Assembly (NCBI GenBank): GCA_963693365.1
Contig: CAVNZM010000010.1
Span: 6,387,794-6,451,793 of the forward strand
Source: Amoebidium appalachense
Taxonomy: Eukaryota > Protista > Ichthyosporea
Direction: 5' to 3'
Length of the DNA stretch: 64,000 bases
The translations under genes were made by a program, and so were the position numbers. Below are positions 1 through 39,525 of this stretch, piece by piece (positions within the stretch are counted from its first letter, which is position 1; each line of letters starts with the position of its first letter). The notes under the pieces are model-generated. The model was not told where the DNA came from. It was given only the letters and a program-made list of their open reading frames with translations, and made no database searches.

Positions 1-94
1 AGGGAGAAATGCAATTGTAGTGGAGCTGGTGCGCACATCGCAGAGAAAACAAGATGAAGGCAGTTTTGAGAGAGAGAAATTTATAAAATTAGAA

Positions 95-133
<39 letters not shown>

Positions 134-211
134 GAGGGGGTGCCAAGAGAGGGGCCGGGGGGAGGGGGCGGAGAGGGGGAAGCAGATGATGATAAAATTT
201 CCATGCTGCAG

Positions 212-7425
<7,214 letters not shown>

Positions 7426-7746
7426 GGGGAATGTGTTAATGACGAGGTTGACGGAAAGGGTTAAGGGGTGTTAGTTGAGATGTGAGTATCTGTTGCACGC
7501 ACCATATATGGCATTTTGTGGATGAGCGTTGACAGATGATTTGCGTAAGTGATGGTGGAGGACCAGTGGACGCATCAGGACTCTTTTTAAAAGTGTGAAC
7601 AGTAGGGGTCTTTTTAAACATGTCTTTTCCTGTTCTTTTTAAAAAAAAAAAAATTTTTTTTTTTTTTGGTGGTGGTGGTGGTGGTGGTGGTGGTGTGTGT
7701 GTGTGTGTGTGGTAGTGGTGGTGGTGGTGGTGGTGGTGGTGGGGAA

Positions 7747-7779
<33 letters not shown>

Positions 7780-8035
7780 TGGGGGAAGAGAAAGATTTTT
7801 GAAGGACTCCCAAATGCAAGAAAGCGTTGCACATCTGGTTAGGACTTGCATTCACCATGCATGAAGAGCCAGCAATAATGCCTTGAGACATTTATGTGCA
7901 TATGAGATATTTTAAAGGGTTACATGGGAATTTGAACATAGACACTGGCGGCTCATAGCACTAGAATACTTCTTATGTATGTAGATAGATATATTTTTAT
8001 AATTACATTATTTATTTTTATTTTTTTTTTTTCCT

Positions 8036-8070
<35 letters not shown>

Positions 8071-8458
8071 AGTTTGTGCATGTGTAGTAGGCATTGTCAG
8101 TATGTCTTGGCTATGTATTTGGTGGCCGCTCGGGCCAGCCTGGAACGAAGTAAGAAATTGTTTTATTCGTGACCGAGTTGTGTTATGTAAGTGCTGCCTG
8201 AATTTATTCAGTGATTTCAATGATTATTATTTTGCCTCAATTCTGTTTGTGTTAGTCTTTGATACGACACATACTCGAATATAGATGAGTGAACAAGCTC
8301 AGTCGAGTGAGGAAAAAGGTGGCTGAAATAAAATTTCAAGGTTCCATAGCGCTGAGCTTTTGAACTCTACATTCCCCCTCCCCGCCCCCCTCCCCCCCCC
8401 CCCCCCCCCCCCCATAGTGCTGAGCTTTTGAACTCTACATTCCCCCCCCCCCCCTCCC

Positions 8459-8489
<31 letters not shown>

Positions 8490-9001
8490 ACTCACACTCA
8501 GACGTCGACCTCCCCCGAACCCCCCCCCCCCCCCACACACACACACACACAGATATACACATACCACTGCCACCAGCAACCCCACACACACACTCACTCA
8601 CTCATACTCATACACAGACCGACCTCCCCTCCCCCCTCCCCCCCTCTTCCCCCCCCCCCCCCCCCCCCCCTTCCCCCCCCTAAAAAAAAAACCCACAGAC
8701 TCTCCTGATCCCCCTCCCTCCGCCTACCCCTTAATAGAAAAAAGAAAAAGTGTGCGCATGCCCTGGCCAGCACAGTAGCGGCTATCAACATATTACATAG
8801 CCCTGATGCATTTACCTCCTACATCGCCAACCGGCCGGATAAATACACAAGATCCCCCTGAGGATAGGGACGGCATACTAATTCGGGTCGCATTACCAGC
8901 AATGTTGCAATGGTTGTTATATGCATCTCATCCCTCACAAGGCATTAAGCCGACCTCAGAATCGCAACAAAACCTGATAAGCGAAGTTTCCCAGTTTTCA
9001 A

Positions 9002-9036
<35 letters not shown>

Positions 9037-9574
9037 TCACGGTAAACGAACCATGCACGTGCAAAATAAAGTGTCTCGGGGCTATTTAATATATTATGAG
9101 ATCAGCATCCCACTGTGTGCACCTGTCACACAGGGGAAGTTTGCTGATGAGAGTGCGTCAACACTGCCATGACCTAACTAGATATATTGGAGATATCCGA
9201 ATTTCCCGGGTTGAACATGATCGCGACATGCTAACCTAGACCTTCGAGCACAAACGTATACTCACACTTCTACCTGCTTTTTTGTACACCATACAATGAC
9301 AAAACCTGACGCCAAAATGAAACCAATCATATACAAGATAAATGTAAAGAATAAATCTTGACCGGAAAGCCGGAATATTCATGGCCCGGACAACCAACTC
9401 GTATCATTGAAGGATGTTGTGGGTCCGTATCTATACTTATGAGCAATGTACAATCCTTCGGTACGATCGGTAATCTGGAAAGCTTCTTGGTATTCGCAAA
9501 AAATAGCCACCTGTGCTCTATACATGTTTAAAAACATTTAGTGCTACCCAGACTACAATGGGTTTCGGGACAAT

Positions 9575-9810
9575 GACGTGATAGATGCGTAGCGGGATAG
9601 ATGTGTTCCAAGATATAAGCATAGCGGGATACATGCATAACGGGATAACATGCGCAGTGAGATAAAATGCCTATGTGATACATGTGTAGCGGGATATATT
9701 TGTTGCAGGATATATGTAGGCGTAGCAGGATACATGCATAACGGGATATATGTGTAGCAAGATATATGCCCATGCGATACATGCGTAGCGGATATGAGAT
9801 GCGGTATAGT
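9575..9810. repeat. Degenerate minisatellite built on TAGCGGGATA(C/T)ATG(C/T)
   Basis: GCGGGATA/ACGGGATA/GCAGGATA motifs recur at ~15-30-nt spacing downstream of the GH36 stop codon. Confidence 0.7.
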
Positions 9811-9964
9811 AAGGACACGAGCATCACCAATGTAGATTTGGTGATTTTAATATGGCTAAGGAACCTACGGATACATCACAAGCGTTAGGGTAATCGATGG
9901 AATACCGTAAACCATATTATGAAATGAAATGGGCAACTTCAGGCCGTCAAACCCCCTTGTTGAC

Positions 9965-17860
<7,896 letters not shown>

Positions 17861-18268
17861 TTTTACGGGCGGTGCAAAAATGTCGCCACAAAAGGTAAAT
17901 TTAGAAAGTTGATTGCGAATATCAATGTTTCCCAATTGCCGATGACCTATCAAGTGGATAGTAAAGGTCACACTCGAAGGTAGCCTGCAGAATGGATATT
18001 TAGGTTAGTGCAAGGCCATATAGCCTTGAGTTGTGTTGCATACTATTGGTAATCTTGAGAAACAACTTAACAACCGCAGTGCATTTTTTTATTTTATTTT
18101 TTTTGTGGGGAGGGGGGGAGGGGGGGGGGGGGGGGGGGAGGGAGGGAGGGGTAAGGGAAAAGAAAAGGAGTTATTCCAATGGAAGCAGTGGGGTGATAGA
18201 TTTTGGGGGGAAACGGAGGGAAGGGAGTAGGGAAGGGGGAGGGGGGGGGGGGGAGGAGGAGTAACGAC

Positions 18269-18334
<66 letters not shown>

Positions 18335-19464
18335 CGGTGGTGGACTATGTAAAGTATCAAAGGGCAGAAGATGTAAATGCTCAGAACAAAAACTGTTATT
18401 TGCATCATGATACTTGGACAAAGTTATAGACTATATATTACCGGCCAGTATATTAGTAGTGAATTAAAACCACCATGACATGAACACGGCTTCAATTAAT
18501 GGGATGTATGGTATGCATTTCTTGATGAACACAGTCAGGTTTCAAACAGGGCAACACCACCCTTTACGTGATCACACGGGCGCAACGAACTCGGGACTCG
18601 CACACGTACCACCATAAGACACATTTAGAGGTGTGTACTGGCTGTTGTTTCAATTACTTGATGTGTTTTGAATGGAAACACTGAAGGTTCGCTGCTGCAT
18701 GTAGCCAAGATTTAATTGAGCCTATTATTCCCTTCTGTATGTGGTCAGTTAATGCTGTATTACAAATTGACGTTGAAAGAGATACAATAAGTAGGATGGA
18801 TTCTTCACACACTATAACTCTAAACTCTCTCCTGTGCCACTCTAACAATACCGGCGTTCTGTTTGCAACACATGTAAACCAAATTGTGTGACACCAAGAA
18901 GTTTACTCGCCGTGAATAATTGAGCATAACGGAGCGATCATTAGTGGCTTTATATAGTAGTAGGCGTGACGTAGCATGAGAAGGGAAAATTCCATGGTAC
19001 GTTAGCACCTAAAGCAGGCATAATAAAGAAGCTCGAGGCACATCTTGCCAAACAGATATCAATAATAACTCATCTCCGATAACTACATAAGCATTTTGGC
19101 TATTTCCGTGCAAATATTAGTAAAGAATGAGTGAGTAAAATATCTATATATTTGCTCATGGGACAAGCACGACATCACATTTATATCAAAACATTTGCAC
19201 GCACTCAAGGTTATGGGTAGAGATAACCCAATCAGCACAAAGCTATGGAAGATATGTGTCCAGATCTTGACAGAATTTGATAGTATATGCACAACTGGAA
19301 TGTACAGCAAGTGCCCCTCAAAAGGTCTATTTTTATATGAAATTAAATCACACAGCCGATATGAGTAGTTTTTTTTTTTTTTTTTAAGGCTACTGGAGCT
19401 GCTAAATCTCTTCTATACCCGCGTCCATCTCGTCCACACACACATAGCGGGATGACTATATATA

Positions 19465-19530
19465 TCCTGATTGGCTGGGATTATCTCAGAGTCTCAAACC
19501 GGTTGCTATTGGCTAAGCTTTAACCAATCG
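19465..19530. promoter_or_regulatory. Cluster of three CCAAT boxes (ATTGG, ATTGG, CCAAT), candidate promoter
   Basis: GATTGG ~19469, ATTGG ~19508 and CCAAT ~19524, with TATATA at ~19458, upstream of the SDR exons. Motif evidence only. Confidence 0.35.
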
Positions 19531-19786
19531 GCAGGCTTGGCTGTTTTACGCTCAGTCTAGGTGCAATGCCTGCCGCCTGAGGTCCGCCTGGCCAACATTG
19601 TACATGTACATGTTGCAACCGTGCATTGGCCAGCATGGGCCCACAGGGACGGTGCACGCTTCATGGTTTGTATGGGCGGGTGGGTGGGTTGGGGGGGAGC
19701 GGGGGAGAGGGGAGGGGGGGAGGGGGGGGGGGGAGGGCAAAACAACCACACCCGCGCGCTAACCACACACGTACGGCACCTCCTAG

Positions 19787-20029
19787 GTTGCCCCTCTTCG
19801 GCAGCTGGTAACCGACCCCAAGTACCCCCTAGAGCTTGTGGAGGCAGATCTGCTGAACCCTGAAGGCAAGCCGGCAGCAGTGAAGTATTTTCCCACTCCC
19901 CCCCCCCCAACCTCCCCCCCCCCCCCCCCCCCCTCCTCCCCCCTCCGCCTTTTGCATACCACTTCCGGCACGCACACACATAGGCACCCACACACGCACA
20001 CATGCGCTCGCGCGCGCGCACACACACAC

Positions 20030-20067
<38 letters not shown>

Positions 20068-20451
20068 AACCCACTCTTTCCTTCCGCCTTTTGGCCTGTG
20101 CAGGCAGATCCGCGTACACTGGGTTGGCTTGCGTTTGACGGTTTTTGCTGTTTTAGCAGACTTGTCGTCAACACCCCTCTGCCGTGGGTTCCTTCTTTCT
20201 CTGATATCCTTTCTGCTCCCCCTCCTTCCCATCTTTCCCTTCCCCTTGGAATCAAAGTTTCAAAATCTCAACCATGACGTGTCAATGTCTGTGACTATGT
20301 CTTGCTGTAACTTTCAATGGTATGTGAATGCTTTTAGGCATCGCAACCAGCAGGTTGGTGAGGGTGCTGTGCTATCAACGGTCCAAGTTAGTTGTTTCCC
20401 GGGTTTGGCTAATCTGACAGTGCACCTGATGTTAAATGGTAACTGGCCAGC

Positions 20452-20541
<90 letters not shown>

Positions 20542-21646
20542 CACACACACACACACACACGGCCTTCTTTTCGTCCATCCTCCATCTATACTGCCTGCAC
20601 TCCAACTCACCAAATCACACGCTTCTTCCCCCCCCCCCCCCCCCCCTCCTCCTCCCTCAGGGACGTGGACTACGTGCTGCACACTGCCTCCCCCCTTGTC
20701 ACCCATGTCAAACATGAGGACGAGCTCATCAAGCCGGCAGTCGGGGGTACTCTCAGTGTGCTGCGTGCCTGTGCCAGCCCGGACTCAAAGGTGTGCGCGC
20801 GTGTGTGTGTAGATCCCTACTTCCCCATCTCCCAACCTCTGTCTGAAGTGTATGGGTAGCGTGTGTGAAGGGGAAGAGAAAGGCCGGGAAGGGGGGGGGG
20901 GGGGGGGGGGACGAGAGGGATCTCTATCTGAAGATGGTTGATTTTGTGGAATTTGAGGGGCTCAGGCTACTTGCCAAACACTGTCATTGATTAATCACAC
21001 TACCAGCCCCCATCCCCCCCCCCCCCCCCCCCCCACCCCACCCCCCGCACTTCCCGCCCCACCCTCCACCCACCTAAAGGTTCGGTTACTGGTGTTGTGA
21101 ATGATAATGTCCAAAACAACAAATGACTGGCGGCTACCGACAATTAGAGGACCCCCTCCTTTATCCCCCCCTCCCCCCTCTCCCCCATCCCTCCACCCCT
21201 CTCTCTTCAACGGGCCACCCGGATTCCTTACAGAAGTCGAAGATTTTAGGGGTGGGGTTGGTGGGGGTGGGGGGGGGGGACTGGGGTGGGGGGAGGAGGG
21301 GTTGAGAGGGGGAAGAGGGGAGGGGGATGGAGTGGTAGAACGAGTTATGAGAGAGCAGAGAAGGAGAGATACATCTTGAGCTCCTTCCTCACTTTGCCCA
21401 TATTAAGACCCTCCCCTCCCCTCCCTCCCCCCGCCCTACCACCTTCCACCATCTACCACCCTCCCCCCCCCTCCATCTTTACAAGACGCGACACGTAACC
21501 GCTCACCCATACATCCTCTCACACACTTTCACTACACTCAAAGTAAAAAATACTTAGGCCTAAATACACACTGTCATGCACGCATAGACAATCACGCACA
21601 CCCACCCACCCATAAACACACCCTTGAACACACGTACACGCACACG

Positions 21647-21694
<48 letters not shown>

Positions 21695-22178
21695 CCACCC
21701 ACCCACCCACCCCCACCCCCCCCTTCCCCCCGTACGCCCACCCTCCCTTCCCTGCCCACCCTCCCCCGCCCTCCCCTCGCCCTACACACACACACGTACA
21801 CATACACGTGCAGGTCGAACGTGTAAGTGTTACCAGCAGCATTGTAGCGATTGCGGCAGGTCGTGACCGCACTCTGCCCGGTGGCCACGTGTTCACTGAG
21901 AAGGAATGGACCAACCCGGCCAACTGCAAGACATAACCTTACTGGAAGAGCAAGACTCTGGCTGAAAAGGCGGCGTGGGACTTTGTCAAATCCATCCCAG
22001 AAAACGGAAACAAGTATTGATTCTTCTTTACCCCCCCCCCCCCCCCCCCCCCCTCACAACAATCGATTTCCTACTAACCCCCCCCCCCCCCCCCCGGGCC
22101 CTCCCCTCTTTCACATACACCACATACCCGCTCACTCACACACGGGCACACAGACACGCACACACACTCACTCACAAG

Positions 22179-22210
<32 letters not shown>

Positions 22211-22223
22211 TTCACACTTCTGG

Positions 22224-22285
<62 letters not shown>

Positions 22286-22544
22286 CACACACACACACAC
22301 AAACAGGTGCAGAACTGCAGTAGCACCCAATTTTTTCTTTCGTTTGTACTCCGTTTTCGATCCCCAGGCACGCACCATTCTTCCCGACATCGGCTACAAC
22401 TTCAAAATCGATAACAGCCAATCAAAAGAGGTTTTGGGCATCACGTATCGCCCTGTCGAAACGGCTTTGATAGATACCGGACACGACTTGATCCAAAAGG
22501 GAAGCTTGCAAAAGACAAAGAAGTACAAGCCACCAGCAAACTGA
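19787..22544 (+). pseudogene. Extended SDR (NAD(P)-dependent epimerase/dehydratase, aldehyde reductase II/DFR-like), probable pseudogene
   Basis: Exons 19787-19883 (LELVEADLLNPEG), 20661-20790 (DYVLHTASP...LIKPAVGGTLSVLRAC), 21814-22014 (VTSSIVAI...KT*PYWKSKTLAEKAAWDF), 22307-22544 (DNSQSKEVLGITYRP). In-frame TAA at 21934-21936. I could not find the N-terminal TGxxGxxA exon or the NPxxVxGP/VDVRDVA segment. Confidence 0.75.
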
Positions 22545-23522
22545 TACAGTGAGTGTGGAGGGGATGCACACAAGAATGTTTGGTGCGTACAAATTTTCTA
22601 CGGGAGTTTTCATTTTCCGGGGTTTTTGTGGGCAGATGCCATACCGTTTTAGATGCTTAGGCCTATATTAAGGTTTACCCCATTTTGTAACAAGATCCCA
22701 ACGTCCCCACGTTTTTCTCTAACAGGCACTGGGCTGGCACTGTATTAAATTGCTTTTGGGTTTTTTGATTGGGTTTATGACATTGTAAGCTGTGTATTAT
22801 AAAATTATCATTCTGCCTTTTCTTTTGGCCTCGTGGTTGGTCTATCTGATTTTTTATTTTTTATTTTCCCAGTTGGCGTAGCAATTAATTTACACCTAAT
22901 GGGTATGGGTATGTATTTGCCCATGTGGTGCTTCTGAACAGTGATTGAACCATGTACATGTTCATCAATGTTTTTCCCAAACCAACAAGTGATCCTTCAT
23001 ATGTAGCCCTCTGTATTACCTATTATACGGGCCTTAACCACCTAATGCTCGATACATATGATATGGCTGTTTAGTATGAACAGCGGCTTTATGTAGAAAT
23101 CTTGCATCAGATCTAGGTACTGAAAATGGCACCGACTTTTTTTATCATCACACAACAGGCAAATAAACTTCCATTCATTCTCTTCTCGCGATTCTCGTGG
23201 GTTGATCCTTCCCCCCCCCCCCCCCCCCAAACACCCCCCACCCTCCATCCACACACACACACACACACTCTCTCTCTCTCTCTTTCTCACACACCACCAC
23301 CACCACCACCATTTAAGTAGATCTACGGAATGTTTCCATTCAGCTAATATTAGCGATTGATTCAAAATCCGATCCCCTTTGATTAACTCGACTACAGCTG
23401 TGAAGATCCAGACCTATGATACGTGATTCAAAATAACGCAACCCGACCACCAATAGCTCAATAATAAAACAAATAAAAAAGCAGGAATATGTATGGAGTT
23501 ATCATTTAAAGAGTGATGAATT

Positions 23523-33891
<10,369 letters not shown>

Positions 33892-35115
33892 TCTCAGGCA
33901 GCAGAAGAAGCCGGGGCGGCTAATGACTGAAGACTGAATGCAAGGGTGAAAAGACTTTGTGCACTACAATTTTTTCGATACAACATTGGAATTTGGAGGA
34001 AAAAGGTTAGAAGGGGAGTTGGTAGTTAGTATCCCGGAAATATCGACTAACCTGCTTGTATGTTACATTTATTCTCGTGCACTTTGTGGTAAATAATATG
34101 GACAAAATCCCCAGACTAAACTAACACCGATACCACATAAGCCAACATCAACAGAAACTTCAGAGCCTCATAAACTCATTATTGCTTGACAATGCTCGTG
34201 TTATGCACACTAAGTGAAGTTGAAACAACAATCTTCAAGAGGTTGTGGAGAGAATCGGATGCATTCACGAACAGTTTGGGCCGGATAGGGGGATACTATC
34301 AGAGGGGAAATGAGGTGGCGAAAAGGAAATCGCATTGTCTTAAGGGGAGAGGGGGGAGGGGGGGGCGGCGGGGGGCAGGGGGGGGGGGGGGGGGTCCCCA
34401 TTTTGCTTGTCTTTTGCTTTAGTGCCAGTTTGCAGACCCAGGTATCCAAGGAGGGTTAAGTCCCCATACGAGAGTCCACAGCCAGGCACATGTCGTATCG
34501 TGGCCAACATAGTTGCTGTTGTTCAGAGCCAGAACTTGGTGGTGGTTGATGTGCAGTTGGAACGCAATAACTACCTTATTACTGAGTTTTTCTTTCTTGT
34601 TTTTATCGAGTCATTGAGCTCGCTTAGCTTTTTTTTTGCTCGTGTTTGGAAAAAGTGTTTGTGGGTTGATAAGAGAACACAACAACAACAAGACAAGCGT
34701 CACATGAGAGCTCGTCACATGCACGGTGACACACACGTTTATAGTGGCTCACTGAATTTTTAGGTAACCAATCAAAAGATTATCAATTAGCCATACTTGG
34801 CTAGTATACAGAATGATGCGCGCTTAGCTAATCAGTAGCTTGAATCTGTGAGCCACTCAGACTGATCGGTGCATGTCATGGACTCATGGGTCTGTCTTTC
34901 AGCCTGGCACGGTTGCACGGTGCAGCGTACTAAAGGTCTGTAGTGTTACATGTAGATAGTTTCAGCGTTTGATGGTAGTAAAAACAACATGTACATCATT
35001 ACCCAACAGTTAGTCATTCACGTTGAAACCGCTTTTGTGGCTACTCAGAGTCCCTGCCGCTAAGTACTCCGATCAGAGTACATTTCGGATGCATCACCTG
35101 TGCCCTATTATGAAT

Positions 35116-35726
35116 GATAGATCGCAGATCGAAAACGTTGGCAAAAGCCAACGTTTTAGCCATATATGGCTTTAAACACGTTGTATTACCATTGGTTTAC
35201 ACCGCACCACCATTAAACTCTCCCAAAACGTAGGGGAGAGCAAGGGCTATCGATAGATACCAAGCATGTGGGGGTTGATGATGGTCGAGCGAGATCATGT
35301 GCGGCGATGCACGGCTGAAACACCTGTTTTTTCTTTCCTTTTTCCTTTGTTCTCTATTTGATATAGAGAGAAATTCTAAACGGTTGCTCTCACCACCCCC
35401 AAACTTCAGGAGTGTGTGTGGATACCCTTTGGGTACCTTGCCCCCAAACATCATCACCAACATGCGAAAGCATCTGATCCTTCCTTATGGGCACCAGCCC
35501 CTTATCGCTATGAAAACAGGAGATTTGATGCACATGTTTGCACAATGCTACAAATACAACAGACCAAAATCTGTTTTTATTTGCCTCCCACATATATAAG
35601 TATAGTATACAACAAATACACTATGCCACAACCACCCGTCGCAACATCAGACTATACGTGAGTCTCACACAACACCAAAAGAGATTGTCAAGGACTCTGT
35701 GGGTGGGTGTTGTTTGTCTATACGTA

Positions 35727-35760
<34 letters not shown>

Positions 35761-36559
35761 CGTGTGTGTGCGCGCGCATAGCATCATAAACGAGTGTATC
35801 TGGTGCGCTTTTCATAACGGGAGCACCAGAGGCAGTGCGAGACCGTTGCTGTCGAGTAATAGGCTGTGCCCCAACGTGAGCTTGGGTATGAGGAACTTTC
35901 CTCCTCACGCCTTTCTAGCTGGGGTTGGGCATAAGAGCCTGCGGCAGCTATCTGCAAAACGACCCACTGGCTTTGCACCCTTCTGCCCTTTCCCCACCAA
36001 AATACTGATAGGCGTAGTGTTGGGTTCACCGTGGCCATATACCATTGAAAGTGACCCTGCCCTCGAGCTGCCCTCGAGCTGCTCATCCTGCTACTCATCA
36101 CCGAACAACTGCCTGCTCTACCGCTCATTATTGCGATCTCGCCGTCAAACACAGACGCCTACGTCCTGACTATAAGTTTTACTCCCAAAGTGCGTCGCCA
36201 AAACGATAGCCGAAAGGCGAGCAACAAGCACACGGAAGACATAAAGGAAAGAAGCTTAAGAACACAAAACGTGAACGAGTTCGTACTGATCGATCGATCA
36301 GTCGACGAACAGCAAAAAAAAACGCGAAAAAAACAGCGACCACATGCTTTTCTGAGCCCATGCATATGGAATAGAAACCGCAGCTTGCACTTTTCGGCGG
36401 TCACCCAAAGACAAAAAAGTCTGTTTATATAGCCTTCTAATGGGGCGTACCAAGAAACCCTGGTTCCGACGGCCCAATAGCGCTGCAGGTGGGGTCGCAG
36501 GAAAACGTTAATTTCGCCAACGTTTTGGTTGAAAACGTTACAACAATCTGCGATCTATC
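35116..36559. mobile_element. Non-autonomous or decayed DNA transposon with 14-bp perfect TIRs and 3-bp AAT target duplication
   Basis: GATAGATCGCAGAT (35116-35129) and ATCTGCGATCTATC (36546-36559). AAT at 35113-35115 and 36560-36562. Subterminal AAAACGTT/AACGTTTT motifs at both ends. No intact transposase ORF. Confidence 0.8.
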
Positions 36560-37717
36560 AATAAGGCCGCTCACGCGTGGTCCCACCCGCCGCTCTAGCT
36601 AGTCTAGATCTCCAGGCTATGTACCCACTGGCCTACGTAAGTGGCCGGGCACTACTACGCCTGCGGCAACATAAAAAGAAAAGAAAGAAAGAAAGAAAAA
36701 GAGGCCGCAGGGAAGACAGCACTCAGAGTGACTAGGTGCTGACGCCAGCATCTAGATCTAGATCTCATGGGCCAATAGATAGCCCGGGCCTAGAGTACTG
36801 TAGATCTTGTAGATCCGGTATACAACCGCAGTGCACACTGGCCGCCGCCCCGCGGGCAGGCACGCACAGTCTCGAGGGAGTGTGTTACTTACAAGTTTTG
36901 ATAGGCACTTAACTTTGCGCATGCCATGTTTCTGTCTCCGTGCCGTATTACAGTATATACATGAAGTTTTTGCTAGCGTGATACTCATTTTACACATGAA
37001 AGCATGTATGTGTGTGTCATACATGTGCACGTGCATCATGCCTAATCACATGCCCATCAAGAGACTCTCGAGATCTGAGCCCATGGTCACGCACATCATA
37101 TGCGCCGTGGATTAGGGCCCACGCACATCATGTGGGCCGTGGTCGTCATGTCCCATGTACATGTTCAAGTGTGCGCACGCACGCGAGGTGCCCATTACGT
37201 ACTTGAAATTTCTGGCCCATTTTCTCATTCAAGGGGCTGTGGACCACGTCTCTTGAAAATGTTCACTCATGACAAAATTTTAAAGCCTTGCGTTCGCTAT
37301 AGTCTTACGTGAACCTGACATTTCAAGAAATTTATGGAGCCACGTGTTCGTTTTTACACGAACCTGACAAGGATTTGGGATACGGAAACGATAGACCTAT
37401 GCATGCCTTGAAATTGTTGCAAAAGTTTCGGAGGTTTCCGACGTGCTGCTGAGGATCTGACTGGTGCCGCTGCTTGGCGTATGCTCTCTATAGAATCTGT
37501 ACTGATGTACTGATGATCGAGACCATGCATATGGTACTGTCCAGCCTACCAGGTGTGCCCGGTGAAAGAATCATGACAACAGCCCCAGCCAGACGAAGCC
37601 CACGAGTTTGACACTGCTGTTTTGGGTGTGGTTCGTATGTGGGTCACGGATACCACAAGGACCTACACATCGCATCTTTATTGTGTAGACATAATATAGT
37701 GCCACTGCGCCTTTTCA

Positions 37718-37754
<37 letters not shown>

Positions 37755-38389
37755 ACTGGGAAAAAAAAACAAACAAAAAAAAAGAACAAAACACCTACCC
37801 ACACTCCCCCGCCTTCTGCTGCGACAAGGGGAAAAAAAGTCGGTTATTGCCCTCTGCTCAGAAAATCAGAAACCGGCACGAGCATGAGAAACTGGCAAAC
37901 TCGAGCCGTGTACTGTACCAAGTTAAAATGCAATACTCGTTTTTACACAACACACAAAATAACGTAGCCTTCAAATAGTTGTGCTCCCATTTATGCACTG
38001 TGTGTACGCGTTATGTTCATGTAACCCGTGGAACCTTGGCCCCACATCCACACTCCACCTGTGCAACTTCCGTCATTAAATTACTAAGGTAAGAAAATTT
38101 CTCAATAAAAGAAAAATCGTCCCAAGGCTACAATGAGTCCCCTCCCCCCCCCCCCCCCCTCCCCCCCCCCCCCCCCCCCCCCCCAGCGAACTATGTTAAG
38201 ACCATTATCAAAATAGTGCCGAGTATCCAGTATCACAGCTTTGAACAAGTATGCTGAGCCCCCCTCCGCCCTCTCCCGTATCCCCTCCTCCCCCCCGTCT
38301 CCCTGCAGTAATTACATATATACCATAGAAGCTCTCCTTCTGAAACACCACTGTGCGCACTGCCAGTGTCGTCTAGCCCCTCTGCAGCC

Positions 38390-38421
<32 letters not shown>

Positions 38422-39407
38422 TTCCCTCTCCCTTCCCCATCCCCTTCCGCCCTCCGCGAGCTCCACTCACCCACCTACCCGGCCACCGACCCTAATAATT
38501 AGACCGGACGTTACAACCTTCTTGCCAAAAATAGCTTCCTGATTGCACTGCGTGTGTGTTCAGCTCCAAACGTACGATTCTCGTGAGATGTTTACAGGAA
38601 GCAGAAACTTCGCTGTAAAGCCCTGATAATAAAGATAAAACCAGCCAAGAGGTTTACGCAAAGCCCGGAGCTACTGTGACTACAACCGGGCACCGTGAAG
38701 TCCGCACGGCGAGAGTATGAAGGGTCCTAAAAAACAATCATCCACTCACTCACTCACCCACCCACATCCACCCGCGGCCCACCCACCTAGCCAATCAACC
38801 ACCCGCCCTCCGTTTCACCCAGCCTCCGCTCTATCCACCCTTCTCCTCTCCCTACCACCCACCCTCTACACCCACACGGAAGGCGTTTCTTTCAGCGCCT
38901 CGGACCGTGGTTCCTCAGCCTTTCCCTAAAAATAGGCCCTGCTCAATGCAAGCCCGGGCCTACATACTGCACGTCACGCTAATATTCTTACTCCCGAGCA
39001 ATACAGGTATTTTCTGGTCGGAGACGAGGCACATTGCACATTGCAACATTAGTTTCTGTCAGCACCTTTCATAGTACATTCTTTCAACATGTATTTTCCT
39101 TAGCTTGTTTTCCCCCTCTGCGACGCTTGGATGAGGCTCCTTCGCCCGCCCGCGGCGCCAGCCCACCGGGCTCACATCCTCCATTTTTGGGGTAAAAAGG
39201 AACAAATTAAATTTCGTGCCCCTATTGCTGCATTAAAGCAGTAAAGGCTAACTTACGAAATGTAAAATCTCATTTCAATGTTTATAATTTAGTATACATT
39301 TGTTGTCATTGATTGAAATCACCGCTACCAGTGCCCTGCTTCGGGCTGCTATATTCGCACCACACCAAACCAATGGCTGCGCAGCGACGCTGCGCGAAAA
39401 CAGGGCG

Positions 39408-39424
39408 AGAGCTCGCGAGAGCTC

Positions 39425-39500
<76 letters not shown>

Positions 39501-39525
39501 GAGAGTAGAGAGAGAGAGAGAGAGC
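39408..39525 (+). promoter_or_regulatory. Candidate promoter: two CTCGCGAG palindromes running into (GA)n, upstream of putative 5' UTR exons
   Basis: GAGCTCGCGAGAGCTCGCGAGA at ~39409-39430; downstream donors GAG|GTAAGT (39707) and CTG|GTAAGA (~40108). Function is inferred. Confidence 0.35.
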
